Notes under the pieces: generated by a model
Databases searched by the model: none
What the model saw: the letters and a program-made list of their open reading frames with translations, nothing else
What the model was told of the DNA's origin: nothing
Program-made: the position numbers and the translations under genes
Source: Octopus vulgaris
Taxonomy: Eukaryota
Assembly (NCBI GenBank): GCA_951406725.2
Contig: OX597817.1
Span: 26,970,001-27,034,000, forward strand
Direction of reading: 5' to 3'
Length of the DNA: 64,000 bases
Shown: positions 38,493 through 50,820 of the stretch, piece by piece
Layout of the letters: each line of letters opens with the position of its first letter
How positions within the stretch are numbered: the first letter of the stretch is position 1

Positions 38493-39986
38493 AGGATAAG
38501 TCTTTTAGTCTGGAGTAAGGCAGTGAACAAGGCTATAACAGGTCTCCTGAGAATGGTGGAAAGGACCATGGAGAGAATCCTCAAATTGGGAACTTGGCTC
38601 AAATGCATGCAACCGAGTAGAATTTGGTTGCAACTCCCAAGGTGTCAGAAAGAGAGAGAGGGAATGGGACAGACAGACAGACAGACAGACAGTCATATAC
38701 TTGATGTAAAATGATTATGGAGTGCACAGATATGCATATACATGGATGCATGTATGCATTTATGCATGCATATGTACATTTAGGTTTTACTTCTGACACA
38801 CAGGTATATTATATACATGTCTAAATATGTGTAATACCGAATTTATTTTCCCAGATACCAAGTTTTATACAAACCTAACAATTCACATAGATTGGTTCTT
38901 CTGAATCTAATTATGTTGACATTAAACAGCCCATCACACACTTATTTACTTAGGAGGAATGCCCATCAAAGAGAAAGGACTGTCTTTTATTCATTATAAT
39001 TGCAAGCATACTTTCTGTGCTAGCACCGAACATTCCTCTTGATTCTATTGCTTTCAAAAACAAAAGAGGCTTTGAAATTGTCAGGCAACACTTGACAATA
39101 TAAAACTGCATGAACTGTTGTACCGTCTTAGATTTTGTGTTTTTGAATCTCTTCATTAAAGACATGTTCTTTATTTGTATATTTTCTCGTTTATTTATTA
39201 ATTTATTTTGCTTGGTGCAAGTTTGTAGATTCTCTGATTTTACAATCTAAGACAACTAGCACAAATTTCAGACAACTGAGTTCATGTCACAATTCTTTTA
39301 TGCACGATTTCTTTTGTTTATTTCCTTTGTAATATTTGTCTCCAGCAACAAATAACTTATATGAAAAAATAACATGGGATCTCCAACAATTTGGCTAGTT
39401 TGAAAATACCTGCCGAGTATCTCTCAATTCATACCATATTGCTTTAAGAATAACGATACGTTGAATAATATATTTCTAAATACACAATGTCCAAAAAAAA
39501 AGATTGGATGTTCATGGATGGAACACTTCTGATCTTAGGTCTGCATCATCAGAGATCTTGTCCAAAACAACAACAACAACAACAGCAACAGCCCTCATGC
39601 AAGTGATCATGGTAATGGGAAAGTATTGTAGTTCGTTGAAAGCATTACATATTGTTTGTGAAATATAATGTGTCATGAACAGCACAACGATAGTGTGGAC
39701 TATAATAACTGTTATAATTTAATTATGGTCTGATATAATATTTTGGAATATAAAAATTCCTTCAGATATTGCTGGGAATTGATTGAATCACTGCTATAAT
39801 CGGTTTTCCAACGGTTACTGATTCTTTTTTTTTTTGTTTTCCAGCAGTGTCTCTGCAGTGGTCTCATAAAAATTCTTCCAGAATTCCTCATGAGAAGCAC
39901 ATGAGGGCACCCATGTCTCTGTGTTGGCATATCTGCAGTGCTACTTCTAAGTTATGTATTATACATGCAGTTTTTTTTTCCTTTTT

Positions 39987-40145
39987 GGCTGTGTGGTTAG
40001 GGAGCTTGCTTCCTAGCTACATGGTTTCGGGTTCAGTCCCACTGCGTGGCACTTTGGGTAGGTGTCTTCCACTATAGCCCGGAGCCGACCGGAGCTTTGT
40101 GATTTAATTTGGTAGGTGGAAGTTACTGCCGTGTGTGTATGTGTG
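39987..40145 (+). mobile_element. SINE A, 5' half
   Basis: ggctgtgtggttag...gggttcagtcccactgcgtggcac. Confidence 0.8.
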
Positions 40146-40362
40146 CGTATAGCTGCTCAGTGCCTCTCCGAATGAGAGAGAGAGATGAGCATGTTACAAG
40201 AAATGAACTTACATACATCCAGAAATAGCTAAATAATATATTGATTGCTAATTTCCGTTCCAGCATCTTTCTAGATGTTTTCTGAATTAAATCTTTTGGT
40301 TCTTGTTCTTTTTCCCAAAATTTGAACTCTTTTAACTGTTACCCAGTTCATTCCTCTATGGA

Positions 40363-40730
40363 TTATCATCATCATCATCGTTTAACGTCCGTTTTCCATG
40401 CTAGCATGGGTTGGACGGTTTGACCGGGGTCTGGGAAGTCTTGGAGGCTGCACCAGGCTGATCTGGCAGTGTTTCTACAGCTGGATACCTTTCCTAATGC
40501 CAACTACTCCATGAGTGTAGTGGGTGCTTTTTATGTGCCACTGGCACAGGTGCCAGGGTAGGCTGGCAGCAGTCAAGATCGGTTGGAAGCCAGTCAAAGT
40601 GGCACTGCCATCGGCGACATTAGGATGGTGCTTTTTACGTGCCACCAGCACAGGTATCACAACTACAATTTCCATTGGATTTTTCATTTTGATGTTGATG
40701 TACTTGACTCAATAGGTCTCCTCAAGCACA
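40363..40730 (-). mobile_element. Family C (RTE 3' end)
   Basis: catcatcgtttaacgtccgttttccatgctagcatgggttggac. Confidence 0.85.
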
Positions 40731-41533
40731 GCCACCCTACGATCCAAGAAAATACCAAAATTAAAAGCAAAAGAACTTATTGTCATCCTTGATATCTTTG
40801 TGTACACTAAATGCTTCTGTACATTTCTGTTCTTGATCCTTTTTTCAGAAATAAAGCACCTCACTAACTGACTTTTTCTCTTACATTATCCTGCAAAATT
40901 AATTATTACAGGAATTGCTCAGGAAATTCTTTACAGGAATCGCTCAGGAAATTCTGTATTGCCCAAACTTGGATGTACTAAAAAAACAGCAAGGTGGTAG
41001 GTCTTTTAATGCCTGGAATAGGCACCAATGTTGATTGCTTAGTTTTGAGCTGATTCTTCTAAATAACAGATCCAAACTGAAATATTCTTCAAATGAATAT
41101 CTATGAAATGAATTTTGAAGATATGATGACAGATATAATCACAGTGGTGAGTGCTTGTTGAAAGTTGTAATTTAACCACATGTGTTGCCTTAGTTTTTAG
41201 ATGCATATGTTGCCTTAGTTACCAAGAGATGAAGTGCAGTTTGAAGTTAAGACAGGATAAATATTTGAAGTTGAAACATGAGCAGTTAAATATGAATAAA
41301 AATTTTGGTCAGAGAAGCTGATAAGAAAACATATGAATGATAATATTTTTGGAGTTTCTATATTTAAGAGATGAGGAATTATGTACATCATTTACATTAT
41401 TTACACTTGACAGATATTTGTCCTCATCTTGTTTGTTGTTAACACAAGGTTTTGGCTGATATACCCTCTAGCCTTCATCAGGTGTCTTGGGGAAATTTCG
41501 AACCTGGGTTCTCATCCTTAAGGTATTTTTTGA

Positions 41534-41578
<45 letters not shown>

Positions 41579-41651
41579 CATTGCCTTATTATTATTTATG
41601 CCTGAATGAAACTCGGAATCTTCAGGTTAGTAGCCTGCACTCTTAACCACA

Positions 41652-41722
41652 GGCTTATGGCTTAGTGATTAAGAGCATGTGCTACTAACCCCAAGATTCT
41701 AAGTTCGATTCCAGGCAGTGAC
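41652..41722 (+). promoter_or_regulatory. tRNA-like head with Pol III A box (tggcttagtgatt) and B box (agttcgattcc)
   Basis: Box spacing and CT-ACT-AA anticodon-like loop; inverted partial copy at 41600-41650. Confidence 0.65.
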
Positions 41723-41758
41723 TTGAATAATAATATAAATAATAATAATAATAATAAT

Positions 41759-41799
<41 letters not shown>

Positions 41800-41801
<2 letters not shown>

Positions 41802-41980
41802 GTGTTTTTTTTGTTGTTTTTTTTTTAAGACATTCACTAGTACAACACTAAATACAAAACCAAATATATGGCACACTAGGCAAAACAACAACACAAACTT
41901 CCAACCTGTTGTCTCTTGAGGTCTCTGGGTGAGACTTGGAGCCAACTTGTACAAATATAAAGCAAAAGTCAAACATAGAA
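41800..41980 (+). mobile_element. R4/Dong-like 3' UTR inserted into the (TAA)n of the element above
   Basis: gtctctgggtgagacttggagccaacttgtacaaat matches the reverse complement of 32490-32555. Confidence 0.55.
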
Positions 41981-42044
41981 TAATAATAATAATAACATCA
42001 AAAATTACCTTAAGAATGAGAACCCAGGTTCGAAATTTCCCCAA

Positions 42045-42090
42045 GACACCTGATGAAGGTTGGAGGGTATATGAGCCGAAACCTTGTGTT
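42045..42090 (+). ncRNA. Minimal type I hammerhead ribozyme motif
   Basis: Stem I GACAC/GTGTT, CUGAUGA at 42050-42056, imperfect stem II GGTTG..GAGCC, GAAA at 42078-42081, NUH (UU) at 42084-42085. Confidence 0.7.
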
Positions 42091-42502
42091 AACAACAAAC
42101 AAGATGAGGACAAATATCTGTCAAATGTAAATAATGTATTTTTGGAGTCTTCTCTTGGAGGTTGGACATTATGGCTGATTTGACAACACACAGTTTCCTG
42201 ATTGGATCCTAAACATATTTCATTCATATCAAATTCTTTCTGCATATTGTGAAATATTTGTTAGCATTTTTCTTTAGCCAGGTACCTTGCTCGTTTTACT
42301 TTTACATCTCTTTGAATTTGATCGATTAGAAATTTGGCTGCTGCAACAATTCCATATCCTTAACTATTTCGATGGCAGAACGAGTTAAATACTCGTAATT
42401 GTTCTAATCTTGGGATAAAGAACTAGATACAAAAGACAATCATTTGCATGTAAACCATCATTATAGTATGAAATAAGGAATTATATGAAAAAAGACCTTA
42501 CG

Positions 42503-42898
42503 TAGGTGCAGGAGTGGCTGTGTGGTAAGTAGCTTACTTCGCAACCACAAGGTTCTGGGTTCAGTCCCACTGCGTGGCACCTTGGGCAAGTATCTTCTAC
42601 TAAGCCTCGGGCCGACCAAAGCCTTGTGAGTGGATTTGGTAGATTGAAACTGAAAGAAGTCCGTCGTATATATGTATATATATGTGTGTGTGTGTGTATA
42701 TGTTGTGTATCTGTGTTTGTCCCCACAATATCGCTTGACAACTGATGCTGGTGTGTTTAGGTCCTGTAACCTAGCAGTTCAGCAAAAGAGACTGATAGAA
42801 TAAGTACTAGGCTTACAACGAATAAGTCCTGGGGTTCATTTGATTTGATTAAAGGTGGTGCTCCAGCATGGCCACAGTCAAATAACCGAAACAAGTAA
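42503..42898 (+). mobile_element. SINE A, full length
   Basis: Family consensus. Confidence 0.9.
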
Positions 42899-43825
42899 GT
42901 AGTGACATGAATGAAAACAAACAAAATTAAACATAAAATTTCTATGCATTTTTTGTCTTGTTCTTTAATTTCAAATCAAATTTCTGATCCCACCAAATAT
43001 TATGAAGAAAGGATTTTCTCCCTTGTAATTGCTGTAACACTAGAGGAAGCAAATATGTTCATTGTAATAGTGGTTGTTGTTTTGTCTCAAGTTATACTTG
43101 ATCATGCAGAACTATGATCAAAAGTCTATATTACATGTTTTAACTGAAAGTATTGTTGGTACATTTCCAACTGAAGAGCATTGTTTTTGCTCAATTAGTA
43201 CCTCACCTTTAGTGTGGTAGTAGTTACAAATGATACAGCTAAGAATCATTCAAGATTAATTGAATGACACCCTATGCTTTAAGAAATTTGCCTCATAAAT
43301 TCCTGCCTCTTGAAATTCTTAGTTACATGATAACTCATCTTACTATATCTATAATAGAGTCCACAGTAATCCATAGGTAGGAGAGGTGCAGCCGAAGGGT
43401 AAAATGTCCAAAAGAGAATCTGTAAAGGGTAGAGAGGTAGAAAGTCCAGGGGAGAAGTTCGTGAGTGATAAGAGGTGGCAGGATCAACTGGTACGCACAA
43501 CTAGATATTTTACATCAAATAATCCCTATTATCATACTAGTTACCAATAAAAGATCTGACGATTTTTTCACATACACTTTATATTAATAAGGTGAAATTA
43601 TTAGGGTGCTTTGTTTTGAAATATAAATAATTTCTGTTTCACGTCCTGTTGGACATAAGCTTAGCAACTCTCCAATTCTCTCTTTCTTTTCTTACTACTC
43701 ATATCTAATATACAACCTCCATTTAAGATTCCATGTTCAATTCCCTATTATCATTATTCATTTTATTATATTCTCCACAGAGTTAATAACATCACTTTAA
43801 TTCTTACATGCGGAACTTATTTACC

Positions 43826-44055
43826 TATTTCTTTACTACCCACAAGGGGCTAAACACAGAGAGGACAAGCAAGGACAGACAAATGGATTAAGTCGATTAT
43901 ATAGATCCCAGTGCATAACTGGTACTTATTTAATCAACCCCGAAAGGATGAAAGGCAAAGTTGACCTCGGCGGAATTTGAACTCAGAACGTAGCAGCAGA
44001 CAAAATACCGCTAAGCATTTCGCCTGGCGTGCTAACATTTCTGCCAGCTCGCCGC
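43826..44055 (-). mobile_element. SINE B
   Basis: TSD ttatttacc at 43817-43825 and 44057-44065. Confidence 0.9.
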
Positions 44056-44064
44056 ATTATTTAC

Positions 44065-44080
44065 CATCAACGTCCTCAAT
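44065..44080 (-). CDS. Candidate 16-nt micro-exon ATTGAGGACGTTGATG (IEDVD, phase 1 end)
   Basis: Acceptor ccttttctgcag and donor G|gtaaat; phase compatible with exon 29632-29780. Confidence 0.25.
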
Positions 44081-45298
44081 CTGCAGAAAAGGCCAGTGGC
44101 TTACAATATGTTAAGCCATATGAGAGCTAAGATTTATTTATACTATATCTAAACACACACATGCACAAACACACACACACACACACACACACACATGCAC
44201 ATACACATACACATATGCACACAAACACGTGCACACATATATGCCAGACATTCTAGTAATACTGATTACACAGCCACACATGTGAAAGAGAAGTGCTCTG
44301 AATTTGTCACTGTTATTGCTGATGGATTACCATTGAAACTGGTAAGATTAGACTATTCTGGTAAAAGAGTAAACAATTAAATGTTTATTCAACATCTAAA
44401 TAAACAAAAATGCATGCAACACAGAATAAATTAACGGTGGGCTGAAACATGAACTTTCAATGAATAAATGAACAATTCTGTGTGTATTGAGTACTGTTCC
44501 CTCAATTTATACACTAAAATTTATATATAATTTCATACACACACAGACACACACGCACGTGTGTATATACATATCTAATAAAAATAAATAAATTAAGTGT
44601 TCATTATCAAACATTAGCAATACGTTATGAAATAAAAAAAATTCTTATAAATAAATGTTTTTATCCTTAAAACTGAAGCTAAGTATCAAAAAACAAAAAG
44701 CAAAATATAAAAATATGAAAATTGGGAAAATACAGAAATAAATCTCTATTAAATGAAATTAGTTTGAAATATTTAAGGGGAAATTATTTTTAAATAATGC
44801 TTCTGTGTGTGTCAGATAACTAACAAAATTATAAATATATAACGACATTGAAATAAATACAGATCTAAAAACATAATGGTATTCTTAATGTTTGCAAGAT
44901 AGGTTTATATATCATAGCATTCTATTATTCTTTCACAGTATTCTAACCTAATGTTCTTATACAGAAAATCAAAGCTTCTGAATTTAATGGTTTCATATTT
45001 TGATACAAGGTAAGCATTTTTAGGGAGAGAGGAGTTAGTTGATTGCATCAACTGTAGTACTTGACAGGAACTTTATTTTATCAACACTGGAGGGGTGAAA
45101 GGCCAAGTTAGTCCTGGTGGAATTTGAATTTAGAACGTAAAGAAGTGGAAGAAATGCCACTCAACATTTTGTTTCACATCCTAATGATTCTGTCATTTCG
45201 TTATTTTGACACTTCTGAAGACAAGGCTAGTAAGGATGACCAAAGTTAATGAGTGCCAGTTATAATATATTCTATACAGAGTGCACCTGATTATTTAA

Positions 45299-45572
45299 CA
45301 CTTTTGTTACTATATCTATTTTGAGATGCTCTGTGTTTCTCACAATTATTTTAAATATAACGAAGAATTTAGTAAAATAACTTAACTTAGTCATCATTCA
45401 GCTAGTGTAAGGAACATAAATTATGACTAAGGTTTGGTTGAAGATTTTACTTCAGAACTTATGAAAACAAGACATTTGTACTACAGAGCCATAGTAACAA
45501 GATTTTACTTCAGAACTTATGAAAACAAGACATTTGTACTACAGAGCCATAGCCGGGTTGGTAACAAAAGGG
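45299..45572. mobile_element. piggyBac-type MITE
   Basis: TTAA TSDs (45295-45298, 45573-45576); TIRs C(A/C)CTTTTGTTAC; internal 54-bp tandem duplication at 45441-45494 and 45499-45552. Confidence 0.75.
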
Positions 45573-45699
45573 TTAAACATGTATATTTTATTAAATTTAG
45601 TCTGAAAATGCACAAGACTAATTAGAATGCACTCCTTGATATTTCATTGTTTACGTACACTCCATTGTTTATTTACATTCAGTGAGTAAAACTTTTCAT

Positions 45700-46582
45700 T
45701 ATGGTAGATAACAGGTGAAGTGAGCTTGTAGCTCTGAAAAAAGCAGGACTTGGCACCAAAGATTTGGCTTCATGGGTTGGTGTTCATCCTAAAATAGCCC
45801 ATAATGTATGAAACACTAAAGTGAGACAGATTCAATAAAAAGCAAGCCCATTCCTGGTTGGAAACAATCCATAAGGATGAAGCAGTTGGTGGTTGTCGTC
45901 CAACAGAGAGTGTCATGAAATCTATGGTGGAGCTAAAAGTCTTGATATCTCCCAAACAACCATGTGATGGGTCATGCAGGAAAACTTAAATTGTAAGTAA
46001 TTTTTTATTTCTTTATTACCCACAGGGGGCTAAACATAGAGGAGACAAACAAGGACATACAAGGGGATTAAGTCGATTACATCGACCCCAGTGATTAACT
46101 GGTACTTATTCAATCGACTTCATAAGGATGAAAGGCAAAGTCGACCTCAGCAGAATCTGAACTCAAAGTCATTAAAATTGCAATGTCAACACCTAACTTT
46201 GATCACTTCCAAAGCGAAGCAACTGGACAGGTGCAAGAAAATGGTGCAGGAGATTCAGAGCACCAGTGAAGATGTCTTCATCTGGATGGATGAAAATGTA
46301 TTCACCATGGAGGCTGTGGCGAACACCTAGAATGACAGGATTTTGTCCATGAAGTTGGATGCTTCTTCTAAAGGTGCCCTTAGGGTGTTTCACTGAATGA
46401 AACCTCCTGGAGCTATGGTTTGGGAAGCAGTACCATCTGATGGTAGAACATCTCCTCTAATGTTTATTAAAGAGGGGATGAAGGTGAATTTGGCAATTTA
46501 CAGGAAAATGTTGAAGAAAAATGTTTTTTTCCCATGGGTGACCGAAGCATTTAAAAATAATAGCACATTCATGCAAGATGGT
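45700..46582 (+). pseudogene. maT/Tc1-mariner transposase N-terminal two-thirds (decayed, SINE B inserted)
   Basis: HTH-like ELVALKKAGLGTKDLASWVGVHPK; FIWMDENVFTMEAVANT*NDR; KPPGAMVWEAVPSDGRTSPLMFIKEGMKVN...FMQDG. Confidence 0.85.
46006..46167 (-). mobile_element. SINE B, 5'-truncated
   Basis: Family consensus. Confidence 0.85.
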
Positions 46583-46589
46583 ATAGCTC

Positions 46590-47055
46590 TCGCTACCCAC
46601 TTGTCTATCCCCAGCTTCCACATTGCCCACCAGATAAGTGAGTGGGAGTCCTTGTCAAAGGCTTTCTCCATGTCAACAAAAGCCAGATATACATGCTTAT
46701 TATTTGGCCAAGTATTTCTCCTGCAGTTGCCTCACCAGGAAGATAGCATCAGTGGTGCTTCTCCCTGGCACAAATCCAAACTGCATCTCAGCTATGCTAA
46801 CTTTTTTCACAGTTAATTGAGCTACGACCCTTTCTGCAACTTTCATCACCTGGTCCAGCAATTTTATGCCTCTGTAATTATTTCTGTCTAGAGCATTACC
46901 TTTGCCTTTGTAGTGGTTGACTTTAATACTGCTACACTAATCATTGGGTATGGCTCCCTCGAGGACAACCTGATTAACTATATGTGTGACTAAGTCATAT
47001 CCCACTCCACCAGATATCTTAAGTATTTCAGTGGTGTTGCCTGATGGGAATTTAC
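46590..47055 (-). mobile_element. RTE LINE RT N-terminal fragment (inverted)
   Basis: KGKGNALDRNNYRGIKLLDQVMKVAERV...MQFGFVPGRSTTDAIFLVRQLQEKY...VYLAFVDMEKAFD. Confidence 0.9.
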
Positions 47056-47064
47056 ACGCATTGG

Positions 47065-47461
47065 GACTCACAGAGGTGATGACAGAGGACCAAGACTCCT
47101 GGTGATTACTGTGTTTGAAAAGGCATGTCAAGTTTAGTAAAAGTGAGGTCGTCCTTGCATACAGGATTGTCTCCTGCATCCCTCTCCTGCTGAGGATTCC
47201 TAATTTTGCAGGATCATAGGTGCTGGTATCACATAAAAAGCACCTGTATTTGTGCCACATAAATACACCTGTGCTGGTGTTGCATAAAAGCACACAATAC
47301 ACTCTGTAAAGTGGTTGGCATCAGGAAGGGCATCCAAATGTAGAAACCATGGCAAAACAGACAAGGAGCCAGAGCAGGTCTTCAGCTGACCAGCTACTGT
47401 CAAATTGTCCAACCCATACCAGCATGGAAAACGTACATTAAATTATGAGGATGATGATGAT
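47065..47461 (+). mobile_element. RTE ORF end plus 3' UTR (family C variant)
   Basis: LGLTEVMTEDQDSW*; ggaagggcatcc; gtccaacccataccagcatggaaaac; (GAT)n tail. Confidence 0.8.
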
Positions 47462-47464
47462 ATA

Positions 47465-47680
47465 ATAGATGGATAGATAGAGAGAGAGAAAGTGAGAGAG
47501 AAAGAAAGACAGACAGACAGACAAACAGACAGAGAGACAGAGACAGAGACAGAAAGAGACATACAGACAGATAGAAACAGACAGACAGAGACAGACAGGC
47601 AGAGACTGAGACAGACAGACAGAGACTGACAGACAGAGACTGACAGAGACTGACAGAAACAGAGAGGAGAGAAAAAGGAG
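47465..47680. repeat. (GA)/(GACA)n microsatellite
   Basis: Seen directly. Confidence 0.9.
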
Positions 47681-48835
47681 AGCACCAGTCAGATCAAGAG
47701 ATCGTAAGGTAAGAAAAAGGAGATTGGTTTTCATTTATTTGGAGGTAACTTAGCTCAATCATACCCATGCCATGAATATAGCTGATCACAGGAAGCAATG
47801 AACTGAGCATTAGTAGCCATATTAATTGTCATTGTTTTGAGATATCTAGGGAAGGCTTTCATCCTAGAAAGCAGATACTCCAAATGGAGCTAGCCTAGAT
47901 CCCCAAGATTACTCACTGAAATCATACATAACAGTTATAAATAAAGAGTAAATTCTGTATGAAAATATTCATAAGGCATTTGCACAGTTCCTGTCCATTA
48001 AATTCTGCTAACAAGATACTGGTTGATCCAAGACTACAGTAGAAGACATTTGCTCAAGGTGCTGCAGTCAGATCAAACCCAGAATCACACAGTTGCAAAG
48101 CAAGCTTATTAGCCACTTAATAATGAAATAATAAAGGCAGAGAATGTGTTCAAGAAAATTCTGTGATGACACTGTGCAGGTTAAATGACTAACAGAGAAA
48201 TCCCTCTGCTATGTTAAATGGAAATTGATGAGCTGTAGTTGTCAGTGCCAAATTTTAATCTTCTCTCAAGGGAATAAATGAATGAGTAATAGAAAGAGTG
48301 TCAGAGTCAAGTAATTCTCACTTGAGGCCTTCAACATCTGATGGAATGAGAAAATCAGATGGCCTTAGAAATCATTGTTTCCATACATTCCTCTTTTTAT
48401 TTATTTATGTATGTTATTTTATTTATAGTAATGAGAATGAGAAGAGAGATCTATATCAGTGATTAGGTCAGTTCTATTGAATGTAGTGAAGAAGAAGAAA
48501 GAAATTATTCTGATTCTGGTGATCCCATAAAATAAACTGCAGGTGACAAATATGGAAACAATTTATTCCTTATTGTGGAGATGAATAAATTGTTAAGTTG
48601 GCAGAGTTGTTATAGTTGGATAGAATGGCAATGCAGTATTTTGCTCCATCCCTCTGAGCTATTAATTCGAATATCATTGAAGTCATCCATACTGTTCATT
48701 CATTTTCAGAGTTGATGGATAAATTATCAACAGGTGGTGGTGTAGTGTAATTATTAGACTATCAGATGAAACACCTTGTGATGTCTATTTTAGCTCTTTG
48801 TGTTCTGAGTTCAAATTCTACTTTGAACTTATACC

Positions 48836-49069
48836 TATTTCTTTACTACCCACAAGGGGCTAAACACAGAGGGGACAAAGAAGGACAGACAAGAGGATTA
48901 AGTCGATTATATCGACCCCAGTGCGTAACTGGTACTTAATTTATCAACCTCGAAAGGATGAAAAGCAAAGTCGACCTCGGCGGGAATTTGAACTCAGAAC
49001 GCAACGGTAGACGAAATACCGCAAAGCATTTCGCCCGGCGTGCTAACGTTTCTGCCAGCTCGCCGCCTT
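48836..49069 (-). mobile_element. SINE B
   Basis: TSD tttgaacttatacc at 48822-48835 and 49071-49084. Confidence 0.9.
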
Positions 49070-49652
49070 ATTTGAACTTATACCATCTGGTTACTGGTGC
49101 ACTCAGTCCATGCTGCAATGGGACTGCATGTGCAGTTAGGGTTACAAACAATATAGATAAGCTGTCAGTAGTTTCACGTGGCTTCCTTCAACAGTGACTA
49201 ACAAATGGCCAAATGGAATTGGAAAAAGAAAATAACTTAGAAATAAATAAATATAAAAGTAGAGAGACAAAACCTTTAAAATGATACATTAAAATTTTTT
49301 AAGCATGACATACATACAATATGTGTGACCTTGGATAACAGGATTGCCAATTTAAGTCACAATTAGTGGACTGTACTACTTTCCATGACTTGCAGAGTAC
49401 TATTTTCATTTAATTTGAGTAACTTACTGGGATGTGACAGATGGAAGAGAGCAGAGCATCTACTGGTACTAATTTACAGTTGAATAGACTAGAACAAATG
49501 GAAATGAAGAGCCTTGCTCAAGGATACAATGTACTACCTCAACCATGAATTGAACCCAAAGACCATGGGCTATACATTATAATCAATAGACCATGTAGCT
49601 GCTATATTCATTTTGCATTATTTTTTTAGCACAACCATTTTAATAATTTTGT

Positions 49653-50086
49653 ACTCTCTCCTTACTCTTTTACTTCTTTACTTGTTTCAGTCATGTGACT
49701 TTGGCCATGCTAGAGCACCGCCTTTAGTCGAGCAAATCGACCCCAGGACTTATTCTTTGTAAGCCTAGTATTTATTCTATCAGCCTCTTTCGCTGAACCA
49801 CTAAGTTACGGGGACATAAACACACCAGCATCGGTTGTCAAGCGATGTTGGGGGGACAAACACAAACACACAAACATATACTCACACACATACATATATA
49901 TATATATATATGCATATATACGATGGGCTTCTTGTAGTTTCCATCTACCAAATCCACTCACAAGGCTTTGGTTGACCCGAGGCTATAGTAGAAGACACTT
50001 GCCCAAGGTGCCACATAGTGGCACTGAACCTGGAACCATGTGGTTCTTAAGCAAGCTACTTACCACACAGCCACTCCTACACCTAT
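49653..50086 (-). mobile_element. SINE A, full length
   Basis: Family consensus. Confidence 0.9.
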
Positions 50087-50415
50087 GCTATTGTATTTCT
50101 GAAATTAATCTGGTACGTTTGACAGCACAGCTTGCAAATATTAGTGGTGTCCAGTGGCAGTTAAGAGTGTTTTTCAACACACATTGGAAGAATAAAATTC
50201 TATAGTACAAAAAGGTCTTTTAAATATTTTTATGTGAATGCCATTAAATTTAAAAGTTGTTTAAGTCATTTTCCATAGACAAAGGAAAAATTCTACATTG
50301 CCAAAATACATCAGATATCTACATGCAAAATTAAAGTACTGTGGGTAAAGGCTGCTTTATTCAACTATGTCAATATTATTCTTATTTTACATTTTGGCCC
50401 TATTTACAATATATT

Positions 50416-50820
50416 TTGTTGTATTTCGGGATGGTCATTTATTTTTCCTTTTTGCCAAATGAACACACGCACTGTATATTTTTTCCTTCACTTGTTTATT
50501 ACTGTTCTTATTTTATTATTTTAACTCATCTTTGAAAATCTTTTTCTCACACATCTGTGACCTCTTCAGTGACACTTTTCATTTTCGTGTGTGTTTTTGC
50601 TCCATTTACTCTATTCTGAAGAACAGAATAGAGCAAGAACACAGACGAAAACGAAAAGTGTCACTGAAGAGGTGACAGAAGTGTGACAAAAGATATCTAC
50701 TCAATGGACACAGGTTAAATTAATAAAATAAGAAGAGTAATAAACTAGTGAAGAAAAAATATTTAGTGAGTGTGTTCATTTGGCAAAAAGGAAAAAAATG
50801 ACCATTCTAAAATACAACAA
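50416..50820. mobile_element. Fold-back Penelope-like pLTR pair with decayed HHR cores
   Basis: ~200-bp inverted arms centred at 50619-50623; CTGAAGA at 50664-50670 and its complement at 50563-50569; related to 54820-54990. Confidence 0.7.

Larger units (their letters stand above)
41356..42136. mobile_element. Palindromic insertion of a tRNA-headed, hammerhead-containing short retroelement
   Basis: Inverted arms, head-to-head tRNA-like heads, HHR core in each arm, TSD tatttttggagt at 41344-41355 and 42137-42148. Confidence 0.75.

Noticed and set aside
40906-40955. 25-bp tandem duplication; repeat-spacer patterns resembling CRISPR
   Set aside because: Simple local duplication; eukaryotic context with no regular array
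43207-43238. Possible 32-nt minus-strand exon (VSFVTTTTLK, donor AAG|gtgagg); similar candidates near 44336 and 48322
   Set aside because: Splice-like signals only; cannot be distinguished from background without transcripts
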